Shown here piece after piece: positions 30,742 through 39,744 of a DNA stretch of 64,000 nucleotides. Source of the stretch: a virus (lineage: Duplodnaviria; Heunggongvirae; Uroviricota; Caudoviricetes); IMG/VR virus record IMGVR_UViG_2690316068_000002. One strand, given 5' to 3'. Numbering within the stretch: the stretch's first letter is position 1; every line of letters starts with the position of its first letter. A program made the position numbers and the translations under genes. Below the pieces are notes generated by a model, which was given only the letters and a program-made list of their open reading frames with translations, was not told where the DNA came from and did not search any database.

Positions 30742-30967
30742 GTGTTTTTCCTTTGTGGTTATTTTGATACAGATATTAAGTGTGTTTGAGAGGCGAACAA
30801 TCCAGATAACACGGCCATTAAGAATGTTCACAGACACATGATTATGGCAAATTCATAGGTAAGTGAATACCTATTTTTATGGGCAGCAAAGATTTCTAGA
30901 TGTTACAAGCCACTCTATAATCGCAGTCACTTAATGATGACAACCAAACGAAAAAGGAGAACTGACG

Positions 30968-31471
30968 GTGAAACGCGTAATTATAGGGACGATGGCCATT
31001 GCTCTGATCGGATGCGTACCAAAACCACCTCAAGATGAAAAGTCAGCTGGCGGGTACGTTGATATTTACTCCACTTCAAGCGTAGCAATTGCCCAAGACA
31101 GAGCCGACAAATTGTGTGGAAGCCATGCCTATTATGTCTCTAACGACAATGATTTAACCAAAGTCATGGGTAGATACGCGCCTTCATTCCCAAAAATCAG
31201 GTTCAACTGTGATCTTGAAATGGCCGCTTATCTGGGCAGCAAAGAGGCAAAGGAGATCAAAATGAAACGCATAGAGGAAGCCTACAAGGAGATGTACAAG
31301 GCCCAATATGAGCTGAAAGAAGTGCGCCGTAAGAACGCTGATCCGAAGAAGCTGGAGTCTTACACAGAACGCGATCCGGACGGTACTATTCGCAGCTACA
31401 GCTTCTTGAATGGCAAGTCGTGCGAATCAATCGTGTACCCAGACGGCACGGGCAAAACGACTTGTGATTAA
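30968..31471 (+). CDS. Lipoprotein (plus-strand moron)
   Basis: 167 aa; GTG start after AGGAG; signal peptide with lipobox LIGC; terminator follows. Confidence 0.6.
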   Translation: MKRVIIGTMAIALIGCVPKPPQDEKSAGGYVDIYSTSSVAIAQDRADKLCGSHAYYVSNDNDLTKVMGRYAPSFPKIRFNCDLEMAAYLGSKEAKEIKMKRIEEAYKEMYKAQYELKEVRRKNADPKKLESYTERDPDGTIRSYSFLNGKSCESIVYPDGTGKTTCD

Positions 31472-31480
31472 TTCTTCAGG

Positions 31481-31509
31481 AGCACCTCGTATGGGGTGCT
31501 TTTTATTTT
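31481..31509 (+). terminator. Rho-independent terminator
   Basis: agcacc-N-ggtgct stem followed by TTTTATTTT. Confidence 0.6.
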
Positions 31510-31942
31510 GGGTCGCGAAACAGCATGTCGGCCATTTGCGAGGATTTGACGTAGCACTTTGCCATCATCGGCTGACTAGGGTTTGATGCGATCATGTCGG
31601 ACACCAGCATTGACCCATAGCCTTTTCCGCGAAGCTCTTTGACAATACTGACGGCACGGAGTTCAAGTCAAGGTGCGCCAGTCGGATCGAGTGCGGCACA
31701 GAACCAGATTAGTCCTACTTTTTGTCATCAGAACGATGCAGCAGGATGTAGATAAAATGCCCGGAGTATTGGCCCCGCTCGTTCGTCTTGATTGCCAGTC
31801 TGGTCTGCTGCTCAAAGGTTTTACCCCCCCTTTGATGTGAGGATCTCTTCGTAGAAGTGACCTTTGCGTGCGCCGTCCTCGAACTCAGCCATGATAAAAG
31901 GCATGTCTGTCACAGTTGCTGCCCTTGAATAAAATTCACTCA
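31505..31942 (-). pseudogene. Disrupted GNAT-like acetyltransferase remnant with poly-C tract
   Basis: ATG at about 31942; frame breaks at a C7 homopolymer (about 31824-31830); downstream fragment carries LRGKGYG motif in another frame. Confidence 0.35.
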
Positions 31943-32018
31943 TGTATTAATCCTAAAAGCCCTCAGTGTCTTTCTAATGCACCATATTTTATGCCTCGGT
32001 TAAACCCTGAGATTACGT

Positions 32019-32663
32019 TTAAAACGTCTCAGTGGGCTTTTTACGCGCTGCGTTTATGCTTATGACGCCAGCTTTTGGACGTGGGTCAACAAGGTTAAGC
32101 TCTTCTTCACTGTGGTATTCGAGGTCGAACTCACGTTTTACATGTCTGATGTAGATTGCGGTGAGCAGGCTATCTTTGGTCAGAAAGTGTCCGTAGGATT
32201 TGCGGATCACTTCTTCTACCTTCTCGATTTTCTCACCACCCATACAGAGATGATTAAACCGGCTGTGTTTCCGCAACATTTCGTCTACTGGGCCTGAGTA
32301 AACCTTGTCTACTTTCCCAAAACGGATGATTTTCCCTGTGTCTGCGGATACGAGGCAAATCAGCTTGTCTGGTGATAAACGATCTCGCCACGTCACACCT
32401 GAACGGAGTGTGTTGAAGTAGGGAGCATCCAATCCGATGATCGGTTTACGAAATGCGAGTAATGGAACGTACCTGATGCAACTGTTTAAATGAAAATTCA
32501 CACCAGCCTTATCAAGTTTAATTCTGGTTTCGTAGATCGGGCACTTCGCCGCTATACCGCAGATGTCACAAAGCAACTTCTGCTTATTCAGGTTGGAATT
32601 CGATTCGATAGTGTAGGAGCCGTCTTCAAGACGACGAACCCAGCGCGTGCGTTTTAGATCCAT
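32019..32663 (-). CDS. Hypothetical protein
   Basis: 214-aa ORF divergent from the rep gene. Confidence 0.5.
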   Translation of the reverse strand: MDLKRTRWVRRLEDGSYTIESNSNLNKQKLLCDICGIAAKCPIYETRIKLDKAGVNFHLNSCIRYVPLLAFRKPIIGLDAPYFNTLRSGVTWRDRLSPDKLICLVSADTGKIIRFGKVDKVYSGPVDEMLRKHSRFNHLCMGGEKIEKVEEVIRKSYGHFLTKDSLLTAIYIRHVKREFDLEYHSEEELNLVDPRPKAGVISINAARKKPTETF

Positions 32664-32750
32664 ATGTCATTTTTCTGTGATTGTTAGCCGAGGCAACGAT
32701 AACCCACCAGGTGCGCCGAAGGTAGTAAATGCCTGTTTTAATTATTCACA

Positions 32751-32759
32751 TTATCCACA
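32751..32759. promoter_or_regulatory. DnaA box (consensus 9-mer)
   Basis: TTATCCACA perfect match, just upstream of GATC cluster and iterons. Confidence 0.6.
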
Positions 32760-32764
32760 GGATA

Positions 32765-32823
32765 GATCCTAATAAAGAGATCCATAGATAGATCCTTGTA
32801 TAGATCAAATAAGATCCCCGATC
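32765..32823. promoter_or_regulatory. GATC (Dam-site) cluster in AT-rich origin region
   Basis: Six GATC sites within about 59 bp, several within AGATCC heptamers. Confidence 0.65.
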
Positions 32824-32864
32824 GCTGTAAGCCGCGCCACGACTGGTCTGAAGCCATGTTCATG

Positions 32865-32965
32865 TATGCTGTCAGCGGTAATTGATAGTCTGTCAGCGGT
32901 TCACCGTATGCTGCCAACTGTTTTTGGTATTCTGTCAGCGGCAAATCAAGTATGCTGTCAGCGGT
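32865..32965. repeat. Origin iterons, upstream set (5 direct repeats, about 21-bp periodicity)
   Basis: TATGCTGTCAGCGGT and variants starting at about 32865, 32886, 32907, 32928, 32951. Confidence 0.85.
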
Positions 32966-32985
32966 TGAATGACAAAGGTGTCCAC

Positions 32986-34080
32986 ATGTCCACAAAAAAT
33001 AAAAAAGGTAAAAATAACAAAGAAGTAGAAGATAACATCGACAACTTTGAAGAAGGTTCCCTTGAATTGTACACAGGGGAACTTGTCCCTAATAGCAACA
33101 ATACAGTCCAACCAATTGCGTTGATGCGACTGGGGTTGTTCGTCCCCACGCTTAAGGGAACAAAATACAGTAAACGTAACAAGCCAAATGAGATCGATGC
33201 TTCAAAGGAGCTTGTCCAGCTCGAAGTAGCCCGTTCTGAAGGCTATTCCGATATCAAGATAACCGGCCCTCGCCTGGACATGGATCATGATTTCAAAACG
33301 TGGGTGGGCGTTGTGCGTTCGCTGGCAGAATACGGCGAACCTAATGGTCGTGTCGAGTTAAGCATCACGAAATTTGCGAAGTTTTGTGGCTATCCATCGT
33401 CACAGATCCGCAAAACACTCCGCGACCGGCTTACAAACAGTCTTTTGAAGATCATGCGTACAACTCTGTCTTTCCAGAGAACGTATGAAGAAAAGAACGT
33501 CGACGGCTCTAACAAGATCTCGCTTCTGATGGTGCACCTCATCAATAGCGTGGACTACAACGAGCAGAAAGATACGGTGGTGTTCTATGCAGAACCGAAG
33601 CTGGCCGAACTATATCGCTTTGACCATAAGGTTCTTTTGCAGTTAAAGGTTATCAATAAGCTACCACGCAAAGAAACAGCACAGGCTCTGTACACCTTCA
33701 TCGAAAGTCTTCCAACCAAGCCTGCGCCGGTATCGCTTGCTCGATTGCGTGCGCGACTCAATTTGAGTAGCAGGAATGTCAGCTCGCAGAATCAGACTAT
33801 ACGTAACGGCTTAAAAGCTCTCCAAGATTTGGGCTATCTCGAATACAGCGAGATTAAGCGTGGGCGGTCGATCTATATCCAGATTCACAGCCGCAATCCA
33901 AAACTCAAAGTCGCACCGCCAAAACCTGAAGACATCGAACCCAAAAAACCAGATGAGAAAGCTGGGGAAATTGATGCCAAACAGAACATTATCAACAAGA
34001 TAACCGAACTTTCGCAGAATTTGACGCCTGAAAATATCAAGATGATTGAGATCCTTTCCAATAGTCTCAAACTGCTTTGA
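32986..34080 (+). CDS. repA: Plasmid-type replication initiator (iteron-binding Rep)
   Basis: 364 aa from internal ATG 32986; flanked by iteron sets, DnaA box and GATC cluster. Family assignment by architecture and recalled similarity. Confidence 0.75.
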   Translation: MSTKNKKGKNNKEVEDNIDNFEEGSLELYTGELVPNSNNTVQPIALMRLGLFVPTLKGTKYSKRNKPNEIDASKELVQLEVARSEGYSDIKITGPRLDMDHDFKTWVGVVRSLAEYGEPNGRVELSITKFAKFCGYPSSQIRKTLRDRLTNSLLKIMRTTLSFQRTYEEKNVDGSNKISLLMVHLINSVDYNEQKDTVVFYAEPKLAELYRFDHKVLLQLKVINKLPRKETAQALYTFIESLPTKPAPVSLARLRARLNLSSRNVSSQNQTIRNGLKALQDLGYLEYSEIKRGRSIYIQIHSRNPKLKVAPPKPEDIEPKKPDEKAGEIDAKQNIINKITELSQNLTPENIKMIEILSNSLKLL

Positions 34081-34197
34081 TATGCTGTCAGCGGTGAAAT
34101 GTATGCTATCAGCGGCTATTTTTCTGAAAAGTATGCTGTGAACGGTTAAAGATATGCTACCAGCGGTATAGTGAGATAAACGTATGCTGTGAGCGGT
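34081..34197. repeat. Iterons, downstream set A (5 copies)
   Basis: TATGCT(G/A)(T/C)(C/G)A(G/A)CGG(T/C) at about 34081, 34102, 34132, 34154, 34183. Confidence 0.85.
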
Positions 34198-34358
34198 AAA
34201 TCATCTATCACCACTCAATGCTCTGGCATACCTCCCCAGTGGTTACTAACCTCGAAGAGTGCATTCCATATAGGTTTGCGCTCACTAACATTCTATTGCC
34301 GTTGCGCTGATTGCTTGTAGTGAAAGGCATTTATTGCCTGCTGCTCCCTGATAGAACG

Positions 34359-34612
34359 TATGCTGTCAGCGGTGTTTTATTGAGGAATTTTTGTTTGGAT
34401 ATGCTATCAGCGGTAATTAATGGTATATGTCAGACCTTCGTATGCTGCCAGCGGTAATTTTGTTCTGGTTATACCCATACCGGTACACATTATTCATGCA
34501 ATGTCTTAAGTATGCTGTCAGCGGTAAAAAATCGAGTAAAGTATGCTGTGAGCGGTGAGATAAACTCTCGATATGCTATCAGCGGTAATTGATTGTGTAT
34601 GCTGTCAGCGGT
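34359..34612. repeat. Iterons, downstream set B (7-8 copies)
   Basis: Copies at about 34359, 34400, 34441, 34511, 34542, 34572, 34598 plus a degenerate copy near 34425. Confidence 0.85.
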
Positions 34613-34628
34613 GACGACTATGAAATAT

Positions 34629-34650
34629 GACTGCGGCACGTGCCGCAGTC
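34629..34650. promoter_or_regulatory. Perfect 22-bp palindrome bordering the iteron array
   Basis: gactgcggcac|gtgccgcagtc. Confidence 0.4.
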
Positions 34651-34659
34651 AGTTTGCAT

Positions 34660-34872
34660 TTAGTGTATTTTCTTTAACAGACCCCAAAGTGTTCCGGCTT
34701 TTGTAGTCAGTTTTCCTGTTTCTGGATCGTACATACGCCATTCACGCCGCTGGTGGACGATATACCCATCTTCACGTTCCAGACGCTCAAGAATGCCAGG
34801 CTGCTTGAAACCCTTAGCACGCCAGTAGCCGCTTGTTTTCTCGATTTCCAGACCTGCCAGTGTTAATGCCAT
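34660..34872 (-). CDS. Hypothetical protein
   Basis: 70-aa ORF. Confidence 0.4.
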   Translation of the reverse strand: MALTLAGLEIEKTSGYWRAKGFKQPGILERLEREDGYIVHQRREWRMYDPETGKLTTKAGTLWGLLKKIH

Positions 34873-35207
34873 TATCCAACCTCCTTGCAGTCATCGAAAA
34901 GGTAGCTTTGCTGAGAAGCGTGAACGCCATAGAAGCCCTTGTATTTGTTGTATACGAAGTGGTCTTCTCCTACGCCGGTTAATTTGCCATTACGGTTTGT
35001 GAGATATGGGGATGACAATACTCGATCGTCACGCACTACATAGAACTGGTCGCCGCTGTCTACGACCATCGCGCCATATGGTGCTTTTATGACGTCGGTA
35101 AAAGCGCCATTCTTAATGTCGGCTACAGACATTTCACACTGATAAACAGTGGTGTCGGCCACAACGATCGAAGAAAGGAACAACAGAGCGAATGGGATGG
35201 CCTTCAT
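34872..35207 (-). CDS. Secreted or periplasmic protein
   Basis: 111 aa; N-terminal signal peptide. Confidence 0.5.
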   Translation of the reverse strand: MKAIPFALLFLSSIVVADTTVYQCEMSVADIKNGAFTDVIKAPYGAMVVDSGDQFYVVRDDRVLSSPYLTNRNGKLTGVGEDHFVYNKYKGFYGVHASQQSYLFDDCKEVG

Positions 35208-35383
35208 GCTGCCACCTCTTTGATTACATCAAATGCTGAATTAAATACGAGCACGATAGCCAAAGCGTTTATGACTACTTCGTTCACCGGGGAAAAGACT
35301 TTACGAATGACACCAGTGAAAATGCAGTCGATGACAAAAGCTATTGACACGATGAGTAACAAGTATTCAATAAAAATCTTCAT
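35204..35383 (-). CDS. Small membrane protein (59 aa)
   Basis: Hand-translated; ATGA overlap with downstream gene; two hydrophobic segments. Below ORF-track cutoff. Confidence 0.3.
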   Translation of the reverse strand: MKIFIEYLLLIVSIAFVIDCIFTGVIRKVFSPVNEVVINALAIVLVFNSAFDVIKEVAA

Positions 35384-35422
35384 GATAGGTAGATACTAAC
35401 TTATATAAATTTTACTGTAAAC

Positions 35423-35698
35423 TCACTCAAAAGTGCTGATGCTTAAAATACGCTCAAGATGTGCGGCATCTTCATCACTGATTTGTTGAGTCTCTTCTAC
35501 GTACCAACAGTTGCCGTTATGCCAACAAACACCATCATCATCAACCATCACTGAATCAGCGTCATGACCTGTATATTCAACGAGAATGCGCTGGATCAGC
35601 GCGTCAGTTTCTTCGTCGTTAAGGCCATCGGCTTTGACCATAAAAAGCGGAAACACGTCATAGACAGTGCTGGTAACGATTCGAACTAAAACTCTCAT
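35423..35698 (-). CDS. Hypothetical protein
   Basis: 91-aa ORF with conserved ribosome-binding context. Confidence 0.45.
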   Translation of the reverse strand: MRVLVRIVTSTVYDVFPLFMVKADGLNDEETDALIQRILVEYTGHDADSVMVDDDGVCWHNGNCWYVEETQQISDEDAAHLERILSISTFE

Positions 35699-35753
35699 GT
35701 GTTTTTCCTTTTGTGGTTAGTGTTTACTTATTTTGTTAGTTATGAATAGGCGA

Positions 35754-36179
35754 TCAATCTTCTTGTTTAGGGAAAAACTGTTCAATAACTCTGTCAACGG
35801 CTGTGTCTATATGGAGTAGATGCCACACAACCATATCTTTGCTTCCCATGCCTTGTGTGAATATCACGTCATACTTACGCCATGCGCAGTGGAACCAATA
35901 TGCTGAGTCATCAATTGGTAAATCCTCTCCCGCCTCTTTGAAGTATTTCAGCAGCATTGCCTGCTCTGCCGTTGGCGTTGGACCTATTTCCTGAGCGTAC
36001 ATACGGATGAATCGCTGCCAGTCTGTCTCGTCGGGGGTTGGATCTGGTGGGGTCATTTCTGCGATAGCGTTTCGTAGCTGATGCGCCCAATCAGGTTCAG
36101 GAAAGCCTTTTGCTACTTCATCATCAATAACATCCAGAGCCACGTTTGCGGCATCGTAGAGTTTCTTAATAGCTGTCAT
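35754..36179 (-). CDS. Hypothetical protein
   Basis: 141-aa ORF with conserved upstream motif. Confidence 0.5.
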   Translation of the reverse strand: MTAIKKLYDAANVALDVIDDEVAKGFPEPDWAHQLRNAIAEMTPPDPTPDETDWQRFIRMYAQEIGPTPTAEQAMLLKYFKEAGEDLPIDDSAYWFHCAWRKYDVIFTQGMGSKDMVVWHLLHIDTAVDRVIEQFFPKQED

Positions 36180-36270
36180 GTTTTCTTATCCTTTTAAACA
36201 AATTGTTTTCTTAATAAGATAATTGCGATAAAAAAGGCGTCCAACTGGACGCCTGAACTTTTTAGGGGAG

Positions 36271-37101
36271 TTATTTCACTGTAATGAAAGGAGTGTTAGC
36301 CCCTTGAGTCATGTACTGCGGTAACTGGCCATTCCATTTATTGATGGCTTCCAGTTCCATAACGTTCGGGTTTTGACGCAGAGCTTCACCGCGCAGACGA
36401 ATGGCGTCTGCTTCTGCTTGCGCACGAGCACGGATAGCATCAGCTTCACCATTAGCCTGTTCACGTAGCATATTCGCCTCAGCTTTACGCTGTTCAACTT
36501 CCTGCTGACGTTGCAGAGTACGCTGGTTAGCCGTTACTTTGGCGTTAATAGATTCAATGACGGTTTTTGGGTAATCAGGCTTTCCAACCCATGACAGGCT
36601 CAGTACCTCAATACCAACCGGAGACATCTCTTTCTGAATATCTTTCAGTGCGTTGTCCAGCAATTGTGCCTTACCACCGTCGATAAATGAGTCAGTGGTC
36701 ATACGGCTGGCCAAACGGTTTAGAGAGTCGGCAATTTTCTGACGCAGATCTGATTCGGTGATATCGTCTACGCCTTTGCGATAGGTCTGGAACACCGTCG
36801 TTACCTTGTCACGATTAACCAGATACGCAACGCCAATTTTGTGACCAATAGCAGTACCGTCACTCATCTGGAATGTGAACGGCTCGTCGTAGGTCTTCAT
36901 TTGTTTGAAGGTCGGGAATACGTAAAGTTCGGTGTTAAGACCTGTCCATTGGCGACCAACGCCAACCACTTCACCAATCCCTTTGTCTTCACCTAATTTG
37001 TTTACTTTGATGCCAACGTATCCAGGCTCCACGCGATCACAGCCAGTAAGACCCATTGTGCAAATAGCCGCCAGAGCAACTGCAAGTAAACCTTTCTTCA
37101 T
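36271..37101 (-). CDS. SPFH/band-7 domain lipoprotein
   Basis: 276 aa; lipobox LTGC; Ala/Glu-rich coiled-coil C-terminus. Confidence 0.65.
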   Translation of the reverse strand: MKKGLLAVALAAICTMGLTGCDRVEPGYVGIKVNKLGEDKGIGEVVGVGRQWTGLNTELYVFPTFKQMKTYDEPFTFQMSDGTAIGHKIGVAYLVNRDKVTTVFQTYRKGVDDITESDLRQKIADSLNRLASRMTTDSFIDGGKAQLLDNALKDIQKEMSPVGIEVLSLSWVGKPDYPKTVIESINAKVTANQRTLQRQQEVEQRKAEANMLREQANGEADAIRARAQAEADAIRLRGEALRQNPNVMELEAINKWNGQLPQYMTQGANTPFITVK

Positions 37102-37104
37102 TAC

Positions 37105-37305
37105 TTATTTCCCCTTTGCTTTGATTAATGAGTTGATAAACTTACGACCAGCAATAAGACCGATTACAGGAGCACCAAAACCAACGATAACTCCAAACAT
37201 GACGGCTAAATCACTCTTGGTAGAAATCAGCGACGGAACCAGTAAACCGTAGATGAGAGCCACTGAAAGGCCTGTGGCTACTGCCAATAGATAGATTTTG
37301 ATCAT
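37105..37305 (-). CDS. Small membrane protein (2 TM)
   Basis: 66 aa, hydrophobic; 3-nt gap to SPFH gene. Confidence 0.5.
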   Translation of the reverse strand: MIKIYLLAVATGLSVALIYGLLVPSLISTKSDLAVMFGVIVGFGAPVIGLIAGRKFINSLIKAKGK

Positions 37306-37397
37306 GTGTTTTCCTATGTGGTTGTTATGCGAAAATAATAAGTAAGTGCTTATATATTTTCAAGAGATAAAAAAGGCGTCCTGTGGACGCCTTGTGT

Positions 37398-38471
37398 TTA
37401 CTCTTCTACTGACTCGGTGGGGTTGTCTTTTGCTCTTCGGTCGTCGATTGCCTGCAAAGCCGCAATGATTTCAGCCAGTGGCTTCTCCCGATACATCTCG
37501 ACGATCTGCGATTTGGTGTATTTCTTGTCACCAATTTCAACTCGCCCGCTGGCGTTCTTTGGCAGGTATCCTTCTTCCAGCATGTACTCGACGAGCGATT
37601 CGATAACGTCGAGGCCACGAGTAGGATCGAAGTAGAATTTCCAGGTGCATTTGCCATACGGTGGTGCAACTTTGTTTTTGATGCATTCTGCGCCTACGTC
37701 CTGGCCGATCTTCTCTTTACCATCCTTCATCACCGATGCACCAAGACGGATACGTACAGAAGCGTAGAACTTCGGTGAATCTCCACCTGGCGACGTAGTA
37801 GGGTCGCCAAACATTACACCGATTTTTGTGCGAACCTGATTCAAGAAGATGATGCAGGCGTTGTATTTGCGTGCCCACAAAGCCAGAGTAGGGAAGTTCG
37901 CACTCGTCGCACGAGCCAGTGCCGTATTGTCGTTCATGTTTAGCTGATCTTTGTCTTTGGCAGTGCCTTCAGCCATCTTTTCGAACTTCTCGGCTTTGGA
38001 GTTCGGAACCATAGACGCAAGAGAGTCAGCCACGATACAGATTGGTGCTGATTCGGGGATAAGCTCTTCATCACGAACCAATTTAAGTATTGTGCCGATC
38101 AACTCTACAGAGTCTTCGAAGGTATCTGGCTGCTTGTATACCCACTGACCGTCATCCTCATCTGCGTTCAGGCCATTGGCGACAGCCAGGCCAACGTCAA
38201 AACTGTTTTCATGATCGAGGAATACCGCCAGACCATCTTGTTTTTGAGCGGAGATCATCGCTGCTGTTGCAAGGAACGTTTTCCCTGCACTTGGAGGACC
38301 GAATACTTCGACGATACGACCACATGGGAAGCCGCCATCGTAACGACCAGAAATAGCTTTGTTTAACGGTGGAAAGCCTGTATCAATCCAATGAGTTACT
38401 TTCTGAATTTCGTCGTTGCTACCGATTTTCTTTTTCAGAGCAAGTGCCAGTGCGGATTTTCCTTTTGCCAT
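37398..38471 (-). CDS. RecA-family recombinase
   Basis: 357 aa; Walker A GPPSAGKT; FLNQVRTKIGVMFGDP...KFYASVRI aligns to the RecA core. Confidence 0.85.
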   Translation of the reverse strand: MAKGKSALALALKKKIGSNDEIQKVTHWIDTGFPPLNKAISGRYDGGFPCGRIVEVFGPPSAGKTFLATAAMISAQKQDGLAVFLDHENSFDVGLAVANGLNADEDDGQWVYKQPDTFEDSVELIGTILKLVRDEELIPESAPICIVADSLASMVPNSKAEKFEKMAEGTAKDKDQLNMNDNTALARATSANFPTLALWARKYNACIIFLNQVRTKIGVMFGDPTTSPGGDSPKFYASVRIRLGASVMKDGKEKIGQDVGAECIKNKVAPPYGKCTWKFYFDPTRGLDVIESLVEYMLEEGYLPKNASGRVEIGDKKYTKSQIVEMYREKPLAEIIAALQAIDDRRAKDNPTESVEE

Positions 38472-38473
38472 GA

Positions 38474-38746
38474 TCAGGCTCCTTTTGTTTCGTTGATTCG
38501 TTTTAAAGCGGCGGATTCATCGAATACAATCGCATCGTGGTTAAGGAGTCTGGATACACGAGCGAGGATTTTTACGACCTGCTCGCTGACTAATCCAAAC
38601 TCGCGATCTGTCGCTTTCATTCCGGCAGCGCCTAGAATTGACGGCAGTGCGATGACAGCGTACTCACCGTGATAAAAGACAATCTCTTTTGCCAGTTGGG
38701 CAGGGGTGGTTGTAGCGCCATTGATAATCGATTTAAGCATTAGCAA
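38474..38746 (-). CDS. Hypothetical protein
   Basis: 90-aa ORF. Confidence 0.45.
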   Translation of the reverse strand: MLMLKSIINGATTTPAQLAKEIVFYHGEYAVIALPSILGAAGMKATDREFGLVSEQVVKILARVSRLLNHDAIVFDESAALKRINETKGA

Positions 38747-39735
38747 TACCTTTCGAATGGAAGAACAAACACTTCAAGGTCTTCAAGGAACGAACGGAAA
38801 TTCAGCTCGTAGCACAGTTGCTCGAATGCTTTCACGTCACGATTGCCTTTGATTGTTTCGATTTCGGTAGGCGGAAACTTCGTCTCAATCAGGTTCATTA
38901 GCGTGATGTTTCTCTTGAACGCTTCGAGCATTCGACAGCCTGTTTTCTCGTTGAAGGCATTCTTCGCTAGTTTGTTGAAGGCGGTCTTATGACGCCCTTT
39001 ATTAACCACGATTGAGCCGTCGTTGATGCCGCGTACCATCGTTGCGACACTTCCCCATTCATGCAGCAGCTCTTTCGCACCGCCAGCACCAATGCCACCA
39101 ACACCGCTAATGTTGTCCGAGTTATCGCCTTGTAATGCTTTTGCTTCCAAAAATGCGCGAGGCGTGGCGAATCCTGTCAGCTCCGCAAATTGCTCAAAAT
39201 TAACCTGCTTGTTTTTGGCGTCTTCACGCAGGCTTACCCAGCTTACGTTTTCACGAACTAACTGAAGCCAGTCGCTATCGCCTGTTAACAGATAGATGTG
39301 TTCAACGGTTGGCTGCGGTGCCATGCGGGATACCAGCAGCCCGGCCAGATCATCCGCTTCTGCATCTTTTGCAATGAGTTGGGTAACTCCAAGCGCGGTC
39401 ATCATTTTGAGGATGTATGGCTTCTGGATAGCAAAGCCTTCCTTCATCTTTTTCATATCAGGATCGTCGTCGCGATTTGCTTTGTAGTCCGGGTAAAAGT
39501 CGCGACGCTTGTCACTAAATCCATCCCAAAGAATCATAGGTCGGGCATGGAGGATGGAGGCATAACGACGGACGTTCTTAACAAAGCCGAAAGCAGCCTG
39601 TACTTCCATTTCGCCGTTGTGCAATTTGTCAGATTGTTGATGGTAATAACCCAGGCTATTGCCATCTACGAAGAGATAATTCACCGGTACATTCCTTCCA
39701 AAAAGTAAGGCGTCCGTAGACGCCTTACTGGTCAC
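38740..39735 (-). CDS. 5'-3' exonuclease / flap endonuclease (T4 RNase H-like)
   Basis: 331 aa; N-terminal YLFVDGNSLGY motif and acidic clusters. Confidence 0.75.
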   Translation of the reverse strand: MTSKASTDALLFGRNVPVNYLFVDGNSLGYYHQQSDKLHNGEMEVQAAFGFVKNVRRYASILHARPMILWDGFSDKRRDFYPDYKANRDDDPDMKKMKEGFAIQKPYILKMMTALGVTQLIAKDAEADDLAGLLVSRMAPQPTVEHIYLLTGDSDWLQLVRENVSWVSLREDAKNKQVNFEQFAELTGFATPRAFLEAKALQGDNSDNISGVGGIGAGGAKELLHEWGSVATMVRGINDGSIVVNKGRHKTAFNKLAKNAFNEKTGCRMLEAFKRNITLMNLIETKFPPTEIETIKGNRDVKAFEQLCYELNFRSFLEDLEVFVLPFERYC

Positions 39736-39744
39736 GTAATGGGA

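Noticed and set aside
32738-32995. 85-aa minus-strand ORF upstream of rep
   Set aside because: It spans the DnaA box, GATC cluster and upstream iterons, has a TTG start and no Shine-Dalgarno; it is an origin region.
32860-34620. Possible CRISPR array (about 18 copies of a 15-bp repeat)
   Set aside because: Repeats are short and degenerate with irregular 21-40-bp spacing, no leader or cas genes, and they bracket a Rep gene beside a DnaA box; this is iteron architecture.
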